Origin: Macrostomum lignano
Taxonomy: Eukaryota
NCBI GenBank assembly: GCA_002269645.1
Contig: NIVC01002028.1
Location: 50,886-114,885, forward strand
Direction: 5' to 3'
DNA length: 64,000 nt
Shown: one piece after another, positions 1 to 12,829 of the stretch
How positions within the stretch are numbered: position 1 is the first letter of the stretch
Layout of the letters: every line of letters starts with the position of its first letter
Translations under genes and position numbers: made by a program
Notes under the pieces: model-generated
Told to the model about the DNA's origin: nothing
What the model saw: the letters and a program-made list of their open reading frames with translations, nothing else
Database searches by the model: none

Positions 1-30
1 TTCGCAATAGCAATTCGCGCCGCTCAAGGT

Positions 31-290
31 TTGTGTCTTCTCAACTGTCCTCTTCATTTCCTCTCCTCTCCTCTTCTCTCCTCTCCTCCTCCTTCATTCT
101 TCTCTCCATTCTCCTCTGCTTCTCTCCTATTTCATCTCTTCTCTCCTCTCGTCTCCTCTCTTTTCGCTTGCCTCGCCAATCCCTCCTCGACTCTCTTTTC
201 TCCTATCTATCATCTCTCAGCTCTCTTCTCTATTCCCTCTCCTCTCTCCTCTCCTCGAGCCTGCAGTCATGCTCTAGGTTCTCTATCTGA
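31..290. repeat. CT-rich low-complexity tract
   Basis: Almost pure pyrimidine (ctctc/cttct) sequence; the overlapping S/L/P-rich ORFs are by-products. Confidence 0.85.
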
Positions 291-321
291 CCCTTGAAAT
301 AAAACAATTTCCGAACCCTGC

Positions 322-630
322 TGTCGCGACTTTCCTAGTCATTTCTTAGTTCACCTTCACTTGTCTCTGTTTACTCCGTTTCTCTCTCTGTCTAGCTCAA
401 TCTTGTTATTCTTATCTCTCTCTCCCTTGCTGCGTTCTGATTGGCTCTCCGTTCTCGCCTCTTTCCTCAGTCGCGCACTCCACCCCCTCTCTTTATTATT
501 CTGGGCTCAACCCCCCAAAGTAAAATGTTCTATAAATATATCGGTTTGGGCCGTGCGCCCACTTACTGCTCCTTCTGCTCCTTCAATTTAACTCCAATTA
601 AATAGTCTTTAGTTTAGTATTTTTTCTACA
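322..630 (+). repeat. TRIM 5' LTR (309 bp)
   Basis: TGTCGCGACT...TTTCTACA; contains TATAAATA near 531; differs from the 3' LTR by about 2 substitutions and 1 indel. Confidence 0.92.
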
Positions 631-640
631 TGGCGCCCAA
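631..640 (+). promoter_or_regulatory. Primer-binding site, tRNA-Lys(CUU)-type
   Basis: TGGCGCCCAA equals the first 10 nt of the canonical tRNA-Lys1,2 PBS TGGCGCCCAACGTGGGGC and abuts the LTR end. Confidence 0.75.
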
Positions 641-726
641 TGTAAAATAATTAAGTCAATTCAGTAAGGCTGGCAAAGGCCATGCCATCGTCATAGTCGT
701 AGCCCTCCACCAGTCATCTCGTCATT

Positions 727-817
727 TCGTCTGTCGGCCTCATCGCTTCGTCTGTCGGCCTCATCGCTTCGTCTGTCGGCCTCATCGCTTCGTCTGTCGG
801 CCTCATCGATTCGTCTG
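727..817. repeat. 21-bp tandem repeat inside the TRIM (about 4 copies)
   Basis: Unit TCGTCTGTCGGCCTCATCGCT. Confidence 0.9.
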
Positions 818-1209
818 CCGGGGGTGCGTCCTGCGGTGTCCTCGGTCTCTCTCGGTTTCAAATTCTCGGCCGGGGCGCCTCGGGGCTCGCCTGCCGGATC
901 GTCTCTTCGCTCATCGCCTGCCAGATCGCCTCGTTAATTCGTCATTCAATTTTTTCTTTCACCATGTAGTCACAATGTAAAAAATTAAATTAATTTTTTA
1001 GGGGGGAGAGTAGATGTAGTCAGTTTTCATTTGGTTGTAACAATTTATTCATTAAAATCGCACACGTGAAATTTCTTGGTCAAATTTGCATTCACTCTAG
1101 TCTCCACAGGTTTTGTATTGAAATTCTTAGTCGAATTTGTACACCATTGTTAAATTTGCTTTAAAGTTGTTTCTTGAACTCTAATTCATAATTCTATTGG
1201 TACTCGGGG

Positions 1210-1519
1210 TGTCGCGACTTTCCTAGTCATTTCTTAGTTCACCTTCACTTGTCTCTGTTTACTCCGTTTTCTCTCTCTGTCTAGCTCAATCTTGTTATTC
1301 TTATCTCTCTCTCCCTTGCTGCGTTCTGATTGGCTCTCCGTTCTCGCCTCTTTCCTCAGTCGCGCACTCCACCCCCTCTCTTTATTATTCTGGGCTCAAC
1401 CCCCCAAAGTTAAATGTTCTATAAATATATCGGTTTGGGCCCTGCGCCCACTTACTGCTCCTTCTGCTCCTTCAATTTAACTCCAATTAAATAGTCTTTA
1501 GTTTAGTATTTTTTCTACA
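1210..1519 (+). repeat. TRIM 3' LTR (310 bp)
   Basis: Near-identical copy of 322-630, followed by the TSD CCTGC. Confidence 0.92.
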
Positions 1520-2269
1520 CCTGCACTAGTAATTCGACGACGTAAAATTTTGAGCATAAAGAAAAGTTCTCAAATTAAAGATAAAAAACTCGTTCATTGC
1601 TACTGAAGCAAGTAGGTAGAGAAATAGGCGTAATTTAATTTCACAGAAAACTATATGATTCCCTAAGTTTTGAAATATAGAAAAATAAAATGTTAGAAAA
1701 ATAACCGAACAGCTCCGCTCTCGGCCTGCGATTGGCTGGGCTGGGGTGAAGTTTAACGAAGATATTATATCATAGATAAAAACTCCTCCATTGGTGATTA
1801 GAAGTCTTTAACTTTCAAACTTTCCCCAGCTGTAATTCTCTACTTCAGATAGAAGTTCTTCTAAGTATCTGAATTCCCGAACAGCGGGAGGGCATAGCAG
1901 TAGTTGGTACGCTGAAGGAACTCTGCCTGTACCCAGTGTAATACATGCGCTTAACTAGATGGGAGAAATCTTCGACTCTCATCACTGCCTGCTTCTCCGC
2001 CACTCCCCCCCCCCTGACGCTCATTCCCAACGGACTTTATGCAGCTCTGCTGCTGCCGTCTCTCATTTCTGAATTAAAGATCGATATTCGACTTCCCAGC
2101 TCTTCAGCTGGCTCTCTATTTTCATCCCGGCGCTTTCTGTTTCTGTTCCACTGTTCGACTGATAGATTGAGTTCTTGGCTGTCTGATTTCAGTTCTCTTC
2201 TCTGCGATGTCATTGAGATATTTCTGGATCGGCTGAACTCTTTAGCAAGATTGAGATGGGATTTCAGAG

Positions 2270-2850
2270 ATGGGATATGGAATGTGTGAGATTAGATATG
2301 ATGATGAAAAATGGAATCTGTGAAATGTGCTATTAGATATCTGTGAGATTAGATATCGGAGATGGAATCTGGAATCTGTGAGATTAGATATCAGAGATGG
2401 GATCTGGAATCTGTGAGATTAGATATCGGAGATGGGATCTGGAATCTGTGAGATTAGATATGATGATGAAAAATGGAATCTGTGAAATGTGCTATTAGAT
2501 ATCTGAGCTGGGATTTGGAACCTGTGAGATTAGATAATAGGAAATGGAATCTAGAATCTTTCAGATTAGATATGACGATGAAAAATGGAATCTGTGTGAT
2601 TAGATATTGGTGATCGGAGATGGAATCTGTGAGATTAGATATCGGAGATGAGTAGCTGGGTGATCAAATCGGCGAGATTAGATAATAGGAGATGGGATCT
2701 AGAATCTGTGAGATTAGATATTTGAACTGGGCGATGGAACCTGGGAGATTAGAGATCTGAGATGGGAGTTGGGAGTTGAAATCTGTGAGACTAGATATCA
2801 GAATTGGCCTCTGGATGTGTGAGATTAGATATCTGACATGGGATATGGGA
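2270..2850. repeat. Degenerate minisatellite (GGAATCTGTGAGATTAGATAT core)
   Basis: Many imperfect copies of the core with variable spacers. Confidence 0.85.
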
Positions 2851-3483
2851 GACAAAAGACTAGAGATAAAAACCTATAGGCGAGACGGAACAAAAATATA
2901 AGCATGAAAGAATCTGCAAAATTCTCTGTCAGGGAAACAATCGGCACACTTGCGCTAGGTTCAGTGATGTCGGTGGCCCAGCAGTTGACAGCCGCCTTAC
3001 TCTTATCTGTAGCACAAGCACTTTCACTTTGTCGGCTCCAATAAAAGCAGAAAAATACAAGCCAGTCTGCCCTCGACTTCCCCGTTGTCAACCGTTGTCT
3101 AGTCGGCGGCGAAGATCAAAGCCCAGCATTGATGGCGAAGTGACCAGGGCGGAGGGGGGAGTAAAAAAGTATCGCGCCAGATTCGAGCAATTAATCACGG
3201 GCGTCGGCAGCCCCAGCCGCTGCCACTATCGCATCTTGCTGTCCTCCTGGCCCCAGCGCCTCAAGCTAATGGGCTCTCAAGAAAAACTATCTGCGTCTTG
3301 CTCCCGGCTTACGGTCAGAGTTGATCTGATGCTGTCAGCGTCTCTCTCCAGGACTTCGATTCTGCACACAGCCTGGTCTAGCACGACTTCCGTCCTGCAG
3401 CGTGGGGTGTGAGAAGTACACTTAAAGTACAGCCTGCTCAACTCTAGTTTCTTGCGACGGCTAGTGAAATTGCGTGTAAGAGG

Positions 3484-3897
3484 CTGTGTCACCCCCAGCC
3501 TGTGTCAGCCCCATCCTGTGTCTCCCCCAGCCTGTGTCACCCCAGCCTGTGTCACCCCCAGCCTGTGTCACCCACAGCCTGTGTCACTCCCAACCTGTGT
3601 CACCCCCAGCCTGTGTCACCCCCAGCCTGTTTCGCCCCCAGCCTGTGTCACCCACAGCCTGTGTCACCCCCAGCCTCTGTCACCCCCAGCCTGTGTCACC
3701 CCCAGCCTGTGTCTCCCCCAGCCTGTGTCACCCCCAGCCTCTGTCACCCCCAGCCTGTGTCACCCCCAGCCTGTGTCTCCCCCAGCCTGTGTCACCCCCA
3801 GCCTGTGTCTCCCCCAGCCTGTGTCACCCCCAGCCTCTGTCACCCCCAGCCTGTGTCACCCCCAGCCTGTGTCTCCCCCAGCCTGTGTCACCCACAG
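3484..3897. repeat. 16-17-bp minisatellite (CAGCCTGTGTCACCCC[C])n
   Basis: Direct tandem units; explains the three overlapping repetitive ORFs 3452-3978. Confidence 0.95.
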
Positions 3898-4304
3898 ACT
3901 TACCTGGAGCTTTGCCCTCGCCGCAACTTAGATGGAGAATCTTGTAAGACGGATTTCGTCGCCTGTTTCTTCACTTGACGCTGGGGCGAACTCTGAGGCT
4001 CATCTCTGGCTGCTGTGGGCGGCTGTTTGCGACCCTGCTTACGAATTGTGAACTTTTACGTTTAATTTTTTTAAACGTAAATTTACGTTTAAATTTCACA
4101 GATTTAGAGTTTTAACTGTCTAACTAACATAATTTTAACCAAGAACTACTTAGTTTTACAGTGTAACTTAATGGCCTAAAGTTAAAGTATTGCTGTTTTG
4201 CAATGATGCATATAAATTCCAAAATCTAAACATATAAATCCCCTTATTTATTACGAGTACAAAGAAAGGTTTACAAACAATCAATGAACCACTGAAGTAG
4301 CCAT

Positions 4305-4632
4305 TAATAATAATAATAATAACAATAACAATAATATCTGATTACACCTGCCACAGTTGGGCCAGATATGCAACCGACAGCTCAGCCGCAGCTATTGCGC
4401 GGCGCATTTGAAGGCTGCGTACGGCTGTTCAGTCCAAGGACTGGGGGTCGCCACACACCCTCAATTACTCCAGCTAAAGCTGGCACCCATTTTACAGCTG
4501 GGTGAACTGAAGCAATGCAGAGAGGGTAAAGTGTCTTGCTCAAGGACACAAATTTTTCTAGTGGGGTCGAGAATCGAACCCCCGACCTTTCAGTCGTAAG
4601 TCCGACGCTCTAACCACGAGGCTACCACCCCC
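4305..4632 (-). mobile_element. tRNA-derived CORE-type SINE, copy A
   Basis: Minus strand: A box TAGCCTCGTGGTTAGAGCG and B box GGTTCGATTC, then TGTGTCCTTGAGCAAGACACTTTACC...CAGCTGTAAAATGGG (similar to the MIR CORE), and a (TTA)n tail. Confidence 0.85.
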
Positions 4633-5204
4633 CATAAGATATGAAAGTCATGTTAAAAGCATTAACTTTAGATCTGTTTCCAATAAAAGTAAAAAATGAA
4701 ATTCCCATCCAACTACATACATGTAGTTGGTTTTTGGCTTCAACTGCCAAAACTCTGGTTTCATTGCCTTACCTGCAGCCCCGATCTCAAAGCACTGGTT
4801 GCCATCTCCCAGTCTGTCGCAGCCCGCCTGTCTCCTTCGCTCACAGAAAGCAGGATCAACAGCAAAAGCAGAAAATCCGAGTATTAAAACATCTCTACTA
4901 GAAGCATTCGATTGGCCAGCATCTGGTTCGATGATGGGAGCTGCCCCCCCCCCTCAGCACTCACAAGGTCTTTCGCCAGGGTAAAGTAATCGAATTTCTG
5001 CGGATCAAATTTCCTTCCTCATCATGTTGAACTGCTGAGATCGGTGCATCGGCCTCGGGATTCTGATCACTTGCTTACCCAGAGTTCAGTTGTAGGGATT
5101 CAGTACTGACTGCTTGTGCTGTAAACTGCTCTATACTACTGGTCTGTATCAGTAGCAGATTTTGGTAAAAATGCGAATATGCAGTTTTATACACAATGGA
5201 TTAT

Positions 5205-5510
5205 TTTAATTGATTACACCTGCCCCAATTGGGCGGCCAGATGTGCAACCGACAACTCAGCCGCAGCTATTGCGCGGCGCATCTGAAGGCTGCGTACGGC
5301 TGTTCAGTCCAAGGACTGGGGGGGGGGGGTCGCCACACACTCTCAATTACCCCAGTTAATGCTGGCACCCATTTTACAGCTGGGTGAACTGAAGCAATGC
5401 AGAGTTAAGTGTCTTGCTTAGGACACAAATTGTTCCGAGTGAGATTGGGAATCGAACCCCCGACCTTCAAGTCGCGAGTCCGACGCTCTAACCCCTAGGC
5501 TACAGCCCCG
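5205..5510 (-). mobile_element. tRNA-derived CORE-type SINE, copy B
   Basis: Homologous to 4305-4632 over its length. Confidence 0.85.
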
Positions 5511-5599
5511 TCAGAATTTATATACAATAAAATAATTTTATACAGTTCTTTGCCAATGAGATCTATCTCAATAGTCTGAATAATTCTGTATCTATTTAT

Positions 5600-5800
5600 C
5601 TAAGCCTGTATCATCTTTATAAGCCTGTAGAAGTTTGTATAAGCTTCTACCAGTCTGTATAAGCCTGTATCCATCTGTGTAAGCCTATCAGTCTGTATAA
5701 TCCTGTATCAGCGTGTATAAGCCTGTATCAGTCTCTACTAGCCTCTATCAGACTGTAACCAGTCTGTAACAGCCTTTATAAGCCTGTAGAAGCTTCTATA
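5600..5800. repeat. Degenerate short tandem repeat (TATAAGCCTGTATC-like)
   Basis: Repeated tataagcctgta/cagtctgta motifs. Confidence 0.65.
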
Positions 5801-6856
5801 AGTCGTTATCTTCAATATTTTCTATAGGGTCAACTGCAGCAAAATACAGTTTACAGGTAATCAAATGGTCAACTTACCTTCAACGCGAATTTGGTACTTC
5901 TGGGAATCATTTCTTGCTGCATCTGACTGACAGAACCCTGACAGCTAGCAAGGAAGCTGTAGTATTTTATGCTTGGAATTTGCTTACAACAGCTTGTTAA
6001 TATCTGCCTCACAGGAGCACTCATTGCTCAACCAATCAGATTAGAGGTGAGGGGATAAGAAGGCGGGGTACGGGCTAAATTCGAGGGAGAAAAATGAAGC
6101 AGATCAGATTAAAGAAACATCAGTTGTTGCAAAGATGCTCAGGAACAGGCTTATGGAATGAATTTTTTCACTGAAGACTTTCCTGCAGTGAGAACGGCGG
6201 GGTCTAAAATGATTGGAGCGCCTCAGGGAAGGCGATGTGCCATGAGGTTTTTGGCACTGAGCCAAGCGTATGCTCCGTTCTCCCCTCTCGATGCCCGGCC
6301 CCCTGTTCCACTGGAGAATCTCTTCTGAAGACACTCAACATTTCCGCTTGAGAAAATCTTGCGTGTCTTTGACTGACAGAAAAATTAGGCAAACACCCTT
6401 CATCTCAGTCTGCCGTATTTCGGGCTGCTCCATACAAACAGTTGCCTGCCTTATAGCTTCGATTTTTTATGAGAAAAACATTTATAGTTTTCTGTCTGGT
6501 CTTGACACGCAAGGATTTTCTCTGATACTGCAGAAAGCCGGTATGATAGGCAAAGTGTTTTGAATAACTAGGGCTTTAAGCAGATTGTGTTTCCATGAAA
6601 TTCTGCAGCTGGTCATTTCAACTGAATCGCGTCATTGTTTTACTGAGTTCTTCCAAAAACAAAAGGTGAAAGTAGTTCATAAAAAATAGATTTCCTCAGG
6701 TTTCTATTTCAAAATCTTTATCTCGCTACTCTTTTCGGTGAAGCAGTAGCAACATGCAAGAATAAGTTTATTTCTAGTTTTTTATGCTTGAATTTTCGAA
6801 AATACTGTTTAAACAAATGTTTTGAAGAATGGATTAAAAGTACACACTACCTCACA

Positions 6857-7664
<808 letters not shown>

Positions 7665-8409
7665 ATAGGTGAAAATAAAGTTTTCACTTATTTAAAATAC
7701 GTAAAGTAACACTACAGTTCGTTAAAATAAGTTGTACATTTTGGAATACCTCAGGCAAACAAACGTTACCGTTTTGAGCATTTTGAAACTCGGTTCGCTA
7801 CTTCGCGATCGAATAGTAGTGAGACGAGAACAATCTTAGAAAAGTTTAAGGCCAACATAGAAGCTTTTTTTGAGTAAGACTCGCAGAATTCGTTGCGAGT
7901 TCTATCCAGCCCGACTACCCCAGCAATCTAGTGCTGACAACTGCAGTAGTTGGCTGACTAAGCGGTCAGCTGGTTTGAGAGTTGGGACTCTCTGCTCCCT
8001 TCCAGCCCCCGTTGTCGCGGTTCAAGCACGCAATCTGTCTTGTCAGTGCTAAAATAAATTATTTGGGAGCTGACGCTTGCGGTCCCTAACACGACTGACA
8101 TTGTGGCAGCGTGGTTCTGGGCTTTAATTAATTGCTGCCATCAACCTCTGCCCTCAGCTGCGCTGCCCAAGTCTAAAGTATATAAAAAAGCAGATGATCC
8201 TTCACTTCCTCTGACCAATGCTAATGCTCCTCTATATCGATATTTTTACGCAAGGGAGCCGCCATTGGTCCTACAGCAGAGCGACCGCCCCACCGTGACC
8301 CTCGTGTGAAGAATCTCTCTTCGCTTATATTTCAGCTCTGTTACAATCTTTTTGCTGAATCACACTTCAAAGTCCCGGCGGGGTGAAGACAGGAAAACTT
8401 TGACCCACT

Positions 8410-11026
8410 ATGGGTCTGCGCCAGGACTTCGAGCTGTTCTGCACGGCCACTTCGCTTCGCGGGGTTGCCAAAACTGTGAAAGCGCCGACGCGTCCGTTGC
8501 GCTGCATTTGGACCGCCTACGTGGCCGCAATGGCCGCCTTCTTAGTCACCTGCGTCTGCTTTATCGTTACCGACTACCTGAGCTACAGGACGGTCATCCA
8601 GACTACGGTTGTGCTGAACGACCCGGGGCTGAGCTGGCCTGCGGTGACCGTGTGCGGTCACTATCCGTTCACAGAGAGCGGGCGCCAGCTCTGGCAGAGC
8701 GGCCAGATCCTGTCGCCGACCAATTTTTCTAGAATGCTGCGCGCCCACGCGCTGAAGATGTTCGACGCCGGGAATCACATTGGCGCCGAAGAGATCCTGG
8801 CCAGCGACTCCAAGCGGGTCTATTATCAGAACCTGGAGCCGGATGACGCAGAGAAGCTGAGCCACACAGCCCAGCAGCTATTTATATTCTGCATCAATGC
8901 CACGGGCTCGTTCATGGAGATGAGCAGCGGAGACGGCTGCGCTATGCAGCTAAAGTTGATCAGCCTGCCGGACTACTTCAACTGCTTCCAGGTTCAGGTG
9001 AGTGCAGGTGCGACCTGTTCTTAGACTCAGGGCTGCGTGCTGCATGTGTGCGAATCAACTATTGATTTAACTATAGTACAAAATAGAGTTGGGAAGACTT
9101 AGGCGGGTTGTAGCCTAGTGGTTAGAGCGTCGGACTCACGATTGAAAGGTCGGGGTTTCGATTCTTGACCCCACTCGAAAAAATTGTATCCTTGAGCAAG
9201 ACACTTTAAACAATTTTACCCTGCTGTAAAATGGGTGCCAGCATTAGCTGGGGTAATTGAGGGTGTGTGTGACGACCCCCCAGTCCTTGGATTGAACAGC
9301 CGTACGCAGCCTTCAGATGCGCCGCGCAATAGCTGCGGCTGAGCTGTCGGTGTGTACATCTGGCCATTAGGGCAGGGGTCCTGCCCTAACCTCGTAGAGC
9401 GGAAAAAAATCAATTAATATTATCATTATTAGTACGAACAAAATTGGGAAGAAAGACGACCTATTATTCTGACCAAAGATACCCTCGTAAAGAACAGGTT
9501 TGAACTTTCAATTTGAATTGAAAGTAAAGAAAATTGTCCTGTAATCACACTGTTAACCTGTTTGAAGAGAATATTTTGTATTTTAAGAATTTTTCAGTAT
9601 TTAGCACATAGTTATTCCAAAGCTGAGAGCTGTGTTAGCGCTGCCCAGATGTAGCAATAGCTGACTGGTGTGACGCGGGACCGGAAGTGTTCGATTTAAA
9701 TTCTGACGCATCCAAATTTTTAGGGAACCTTCAATTTTAATCGCTGAAGAGCTTGGTGAGAGTGACAGTGATTGTATTGTGGGCGGTCATTTTTTCCCAT
9801 TTATCAACTTGAAAACAAAAATATTTGACCTAAAAAAATTGCCATGATTGCTCAAGCTCCACTGTTCACGGTTTGTTGTAGGCACAGTCAGGGTATTTGT
9901 GCCATAGCAACTAGATTCCCGCTTGAAACTCAAACCATCGCAGGCCACCCCTACTATCGACTCGCTTACGGTAGTGCTGAGAGTCACCGACAGCCACCAC
10001 CAACACGGAGCCGATCCACACGAGCAGGCCTTCGTGCAGGACGCCTTCCAGCAGGCTAGCGGCTTCCGTGTGCAGCTGCAGGAGCACGATCGCTTCCCCG
10101 AACCAACCGACCGAGGCATTCACGTGGCGCCGGGCAAGATGGTCGAGATGGCTTACCAACCTGTGCGCCTGATCGAGGTTGGCAGTCCGACTGATGCTTG
10201 CCTGCCTGAAACCATCGCCTCATCGCGTCGCGTGTTGGACCTCGGACGTGACTTTGCCTACTCGCAGGAGGGCTGCTTGCGCCAGGAGCTCGGCAGGATA
10301 GTGCTGAAAGCCTGCGGCTGCCACTTTGCCGACCTTCTGCGCGAGACTCCACCAAATGCAACGCATCCGTATTGTGGCGACTATCGCCGTGGCGTGGGGC
10401 CAGTGCTGCGCAGTCGGGCCTGTCTGCAGTCACTCAACCTGCCGAGTTTGCGAGCAAACCTGGGCGACACGCACTGCCTTAAGCCCTGCCACTATCACGA
10501 CTTTGAGATGGTCTCCTCCAAGACAATCTGGCGTGCGGCAGACTGGCAACTGCACTGGTTGGCCCTTCAGGCTAAAAGTTTCCGCGATTTGGCTGAGGCC
10601 TCCGAACGACTGGCCGACTTGACCGCATCGTCGGAGCAGCGTCGCCAAGCTGAGGCTTCAATCCAGTCGGCGAAGAACTCGCTGCGCGACTTCCTAACGG
10701 CGAAAAATCTCACGGCGATATCTGGACCGCAAGTGCTGGAGCCAAGCGGTCGCGACTTCGCATACATCACCGTGCGGAGGCAGACACGGAACACCATCCA
10801 GAAAACGGAGACGCTGTCGCTGAGCTTCAGCGCGCTGATGAGTCAAGTTGGCGGCCTGAGCAGTCTCACTCTGGGTCTGACCTGCGCCTTTGCCGTTGAA
10901 CTACTGGAACTTTGCTTGCTGAAGCGGCACAGGAAAAAGGTGAGCAAAGCATCGGAAGGCTGCGCTGAAGTGGCTGACAATTCGCTGGTGCCACAGCAAC
11001 TGCAGCAACAGAGAGGAATGATCTGA
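8410..11026 (+). CDS. DEG/ENaC (amiloride-sensitive sodium channel family) subunit; join(8410..8997,9908..11026), 568 aa
   Basis: Family motifs in order: FCTATSLRG (pre-TM1), TM1, WPAVTVC, FNCF, YSQEGC, CGC, CLKPC, TM2 SQVGGLSSLTLGLTCAFAVE. Donor CAG|GTGAGT at 8997/8998 and acceptor CCATAG|CAA at 9907/9908, both phase 0. Confidence 0.9.
9102..9385 (+). mobile_element. tRNA-derived CORE-type SINE, copy C (intron of the DEG/ENaC gene; internal deletion in the core)
   Basis: A box TAGCCTAGTGGTTAGAGCG, B box GGTTTCGATTC, TCCTTGAGCAAGACACTT, CTGTAAAATGGGTGCCAGC; reverse complement of copies A/B. Confidence 0.85.
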
Positions 11027-11879
11027 CGGAACAGCCTTGTAGCGCGCACTATCTCGCTAATTAACTGATTATTGAAGCAATTTCCTTTGCGACCACTCAA
11101 AGTTGGTGATAGGCGATGAGCATGAATGATGTTTGCATTTCTTATTCAGTTTTTAGAGCGTACACTCTTAAAATCATCAATATTGTGCTGTTGGAAACAG
11201 ATCTCAGTGCTAGGTCTATTGAACTTAATGTTATAAATGATGAATATTGAATGCGCTATGCTCTCGCATATAAAGATTTTCATCTTTTCCCTTAATCCGA
11301 TGACTCAATACATCTGTAGGGTGTAGCAGGGGTCTAAATTATTCAGAGACCTGTGATTAGATTGGTCCTTGCCGAGGTAGACATAAAAGAGAATATTCAG
11401 AAATCGATCTACCACCTGCTGCTCGTGCATATAAAAAAGTACAGAGGTGGCCGCACTTCTCCTAAGTGCTAAAAGCCGCGTAAATTCTCAGCATCGCAAA
11501 TGACTATAAATTTGCGTTCTTAATTATTATTTCTAAAGCCAAAATTGATTTATGTTTGCTCTGACACAGGGATTACCGCCTGCCAACCGGTTGTACTAAA
11601 AACATGGCTGTACACTGCCGAGTATCAATAAAGTCTGTCTGAGCTCTCTCTCAAACAGCTGCTTCCGCCGGCTGGAGTTCACCAAGTGCTTTACTTCGTA
11701 CATGTTAGTCTTCGCTAACGATATATGCAAACCTCGATTAGGAACGAAGCGCTGCTTCCATCATTTACATTTATTCATTTTAGGACACTGAAAGGAACGA
11801 CATGTACTAAAGATTGCTCTTTAGATTTTCACGTCACAAAATGGTTTGATTTGGATCAATTGTTTGCACTTTTTCTTGG

Positions 11880-12560
11880 CGCACAATTTGCAGCTGTAAA
11901 TGCTATTTGTATGCAAATCCTGCACTTCAATATGATTGAGGAATATAAGGACCAACGGCGAGTTTTTGCAGACGGTTTTTTAAAGCTGCTGAAATTTTAC
12001 TTTGACAAAACCAGATTTTAGTTAAGAAAAATAGTTACTTAGTGTAATATAATGCAACTCAAGAAAATGGCTATGACTCTACTTAACACAATGTTGAGCC
12101 ACCTTATTAAAATAGGCTACGGGGGCTGTAACAAGCTTAAATATGTCAAGGCGCTTAATTAAAACTACTGGTATTTGCTTGGCATCACCCTCGTTGCCGA
12201 CGGCTGTCCCGAATTCTGGACGTATACTGATTTACAGTTGCTTGTCGCAGCACCCCTTTCCTTTGCCGGCTGCTCTCACTCTAAATTTGTGTTTACTGTT
12301 TCACTGCCTGCTGCCTTTTCTTACTCCTTTTTGCCATGGAATCTGAGAACGAATATATGAAGATATTTTGACTGATAATTTTGGCCCTTGCCCAAAATCC
12401 AGCCGTGTCCGCATCAGCTGCAGCAACTACATGTCGCGCCAGCATGTTCCGTCCACGAAACGCTGGTCTTGTACAAGAGGCTCTTGCTGTTCAAGCAGTA
12501 CATCTCGACTAAGAGGAGCAGGTATGGTATCAAGCTGCCTCTTCTGTCCCCACGCCCCAG
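11880..12560 (+). mobile_element. Degraded piggyBac-like transposase remnant
   Basis: Peptide SVHETLVLYKRLLLFKQYISTKRSRYGIKL (in ORF 12388-12576) resembles the piggyBac core S-VDE-x-V-x-FKGR-x-x-FKQYIPSKR-x-RYGIKL; upstream MQILHFN (near 11915) resembles the LHF motif. No continuous frame. Confidence 0.65.
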
Positions 12561-12829
12561 CTTCCATTCCCTCTAATAAAAGCCAAGTCTGGAGTACCCT
12601 AAAAAGAAGGTTTCCGTTGCTATGGTACCATGCCTGCTCAACTCTGTAGTCTGACCATTTTTGATATTGAATAATAATCATGATAATTGATATTATACAT
12701 TGGGTGCAATAGCAATTGGGCCGCTTCTCGTTTTGGAACAGCTGAAACTGTCCAGTGAATTCCAATTCCTCACCAGCATTCACTCGCATCAGGCTAACCG
12801 AAATTGATGGACTCCGCAAGCTAGAGCTA

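Larger units (their letters stand above)
322..1519 (+). mobile_element. TRIM (non-coding miniature LTR retrotransposon), 1198 bp
   Basis: Two TG...CA direct repeats (322-630, 1210-1519); 5-bp TSD CCTGC at 317-321 and 1520-1524; PBS-like TGGCGCCCAA right after the 5' LTR; 579-bp internal region without an intact ORF. Confidence 0.92.

Noticed and set aside
31-591. S/L/P-rich ORFs at the window start
   Set aside because: They come from CT-rich low-complexity DNA and LTR sequence.
3277-3492. YFKCTSHTPRC as a FLYWCH-like zinc finger of a MULE transposase
   Set aside because: The similarity is too short and the distal His ligands are not evident; no transposase core nearby.
9102-9175. tRNA gene (also 4560-4632, 5440-5510, 61179-61240)
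   Set aside because: The A/B boxes are followed by SINE core or body sequence in multiple diverged copies; no clean cloverleaf or terminator.
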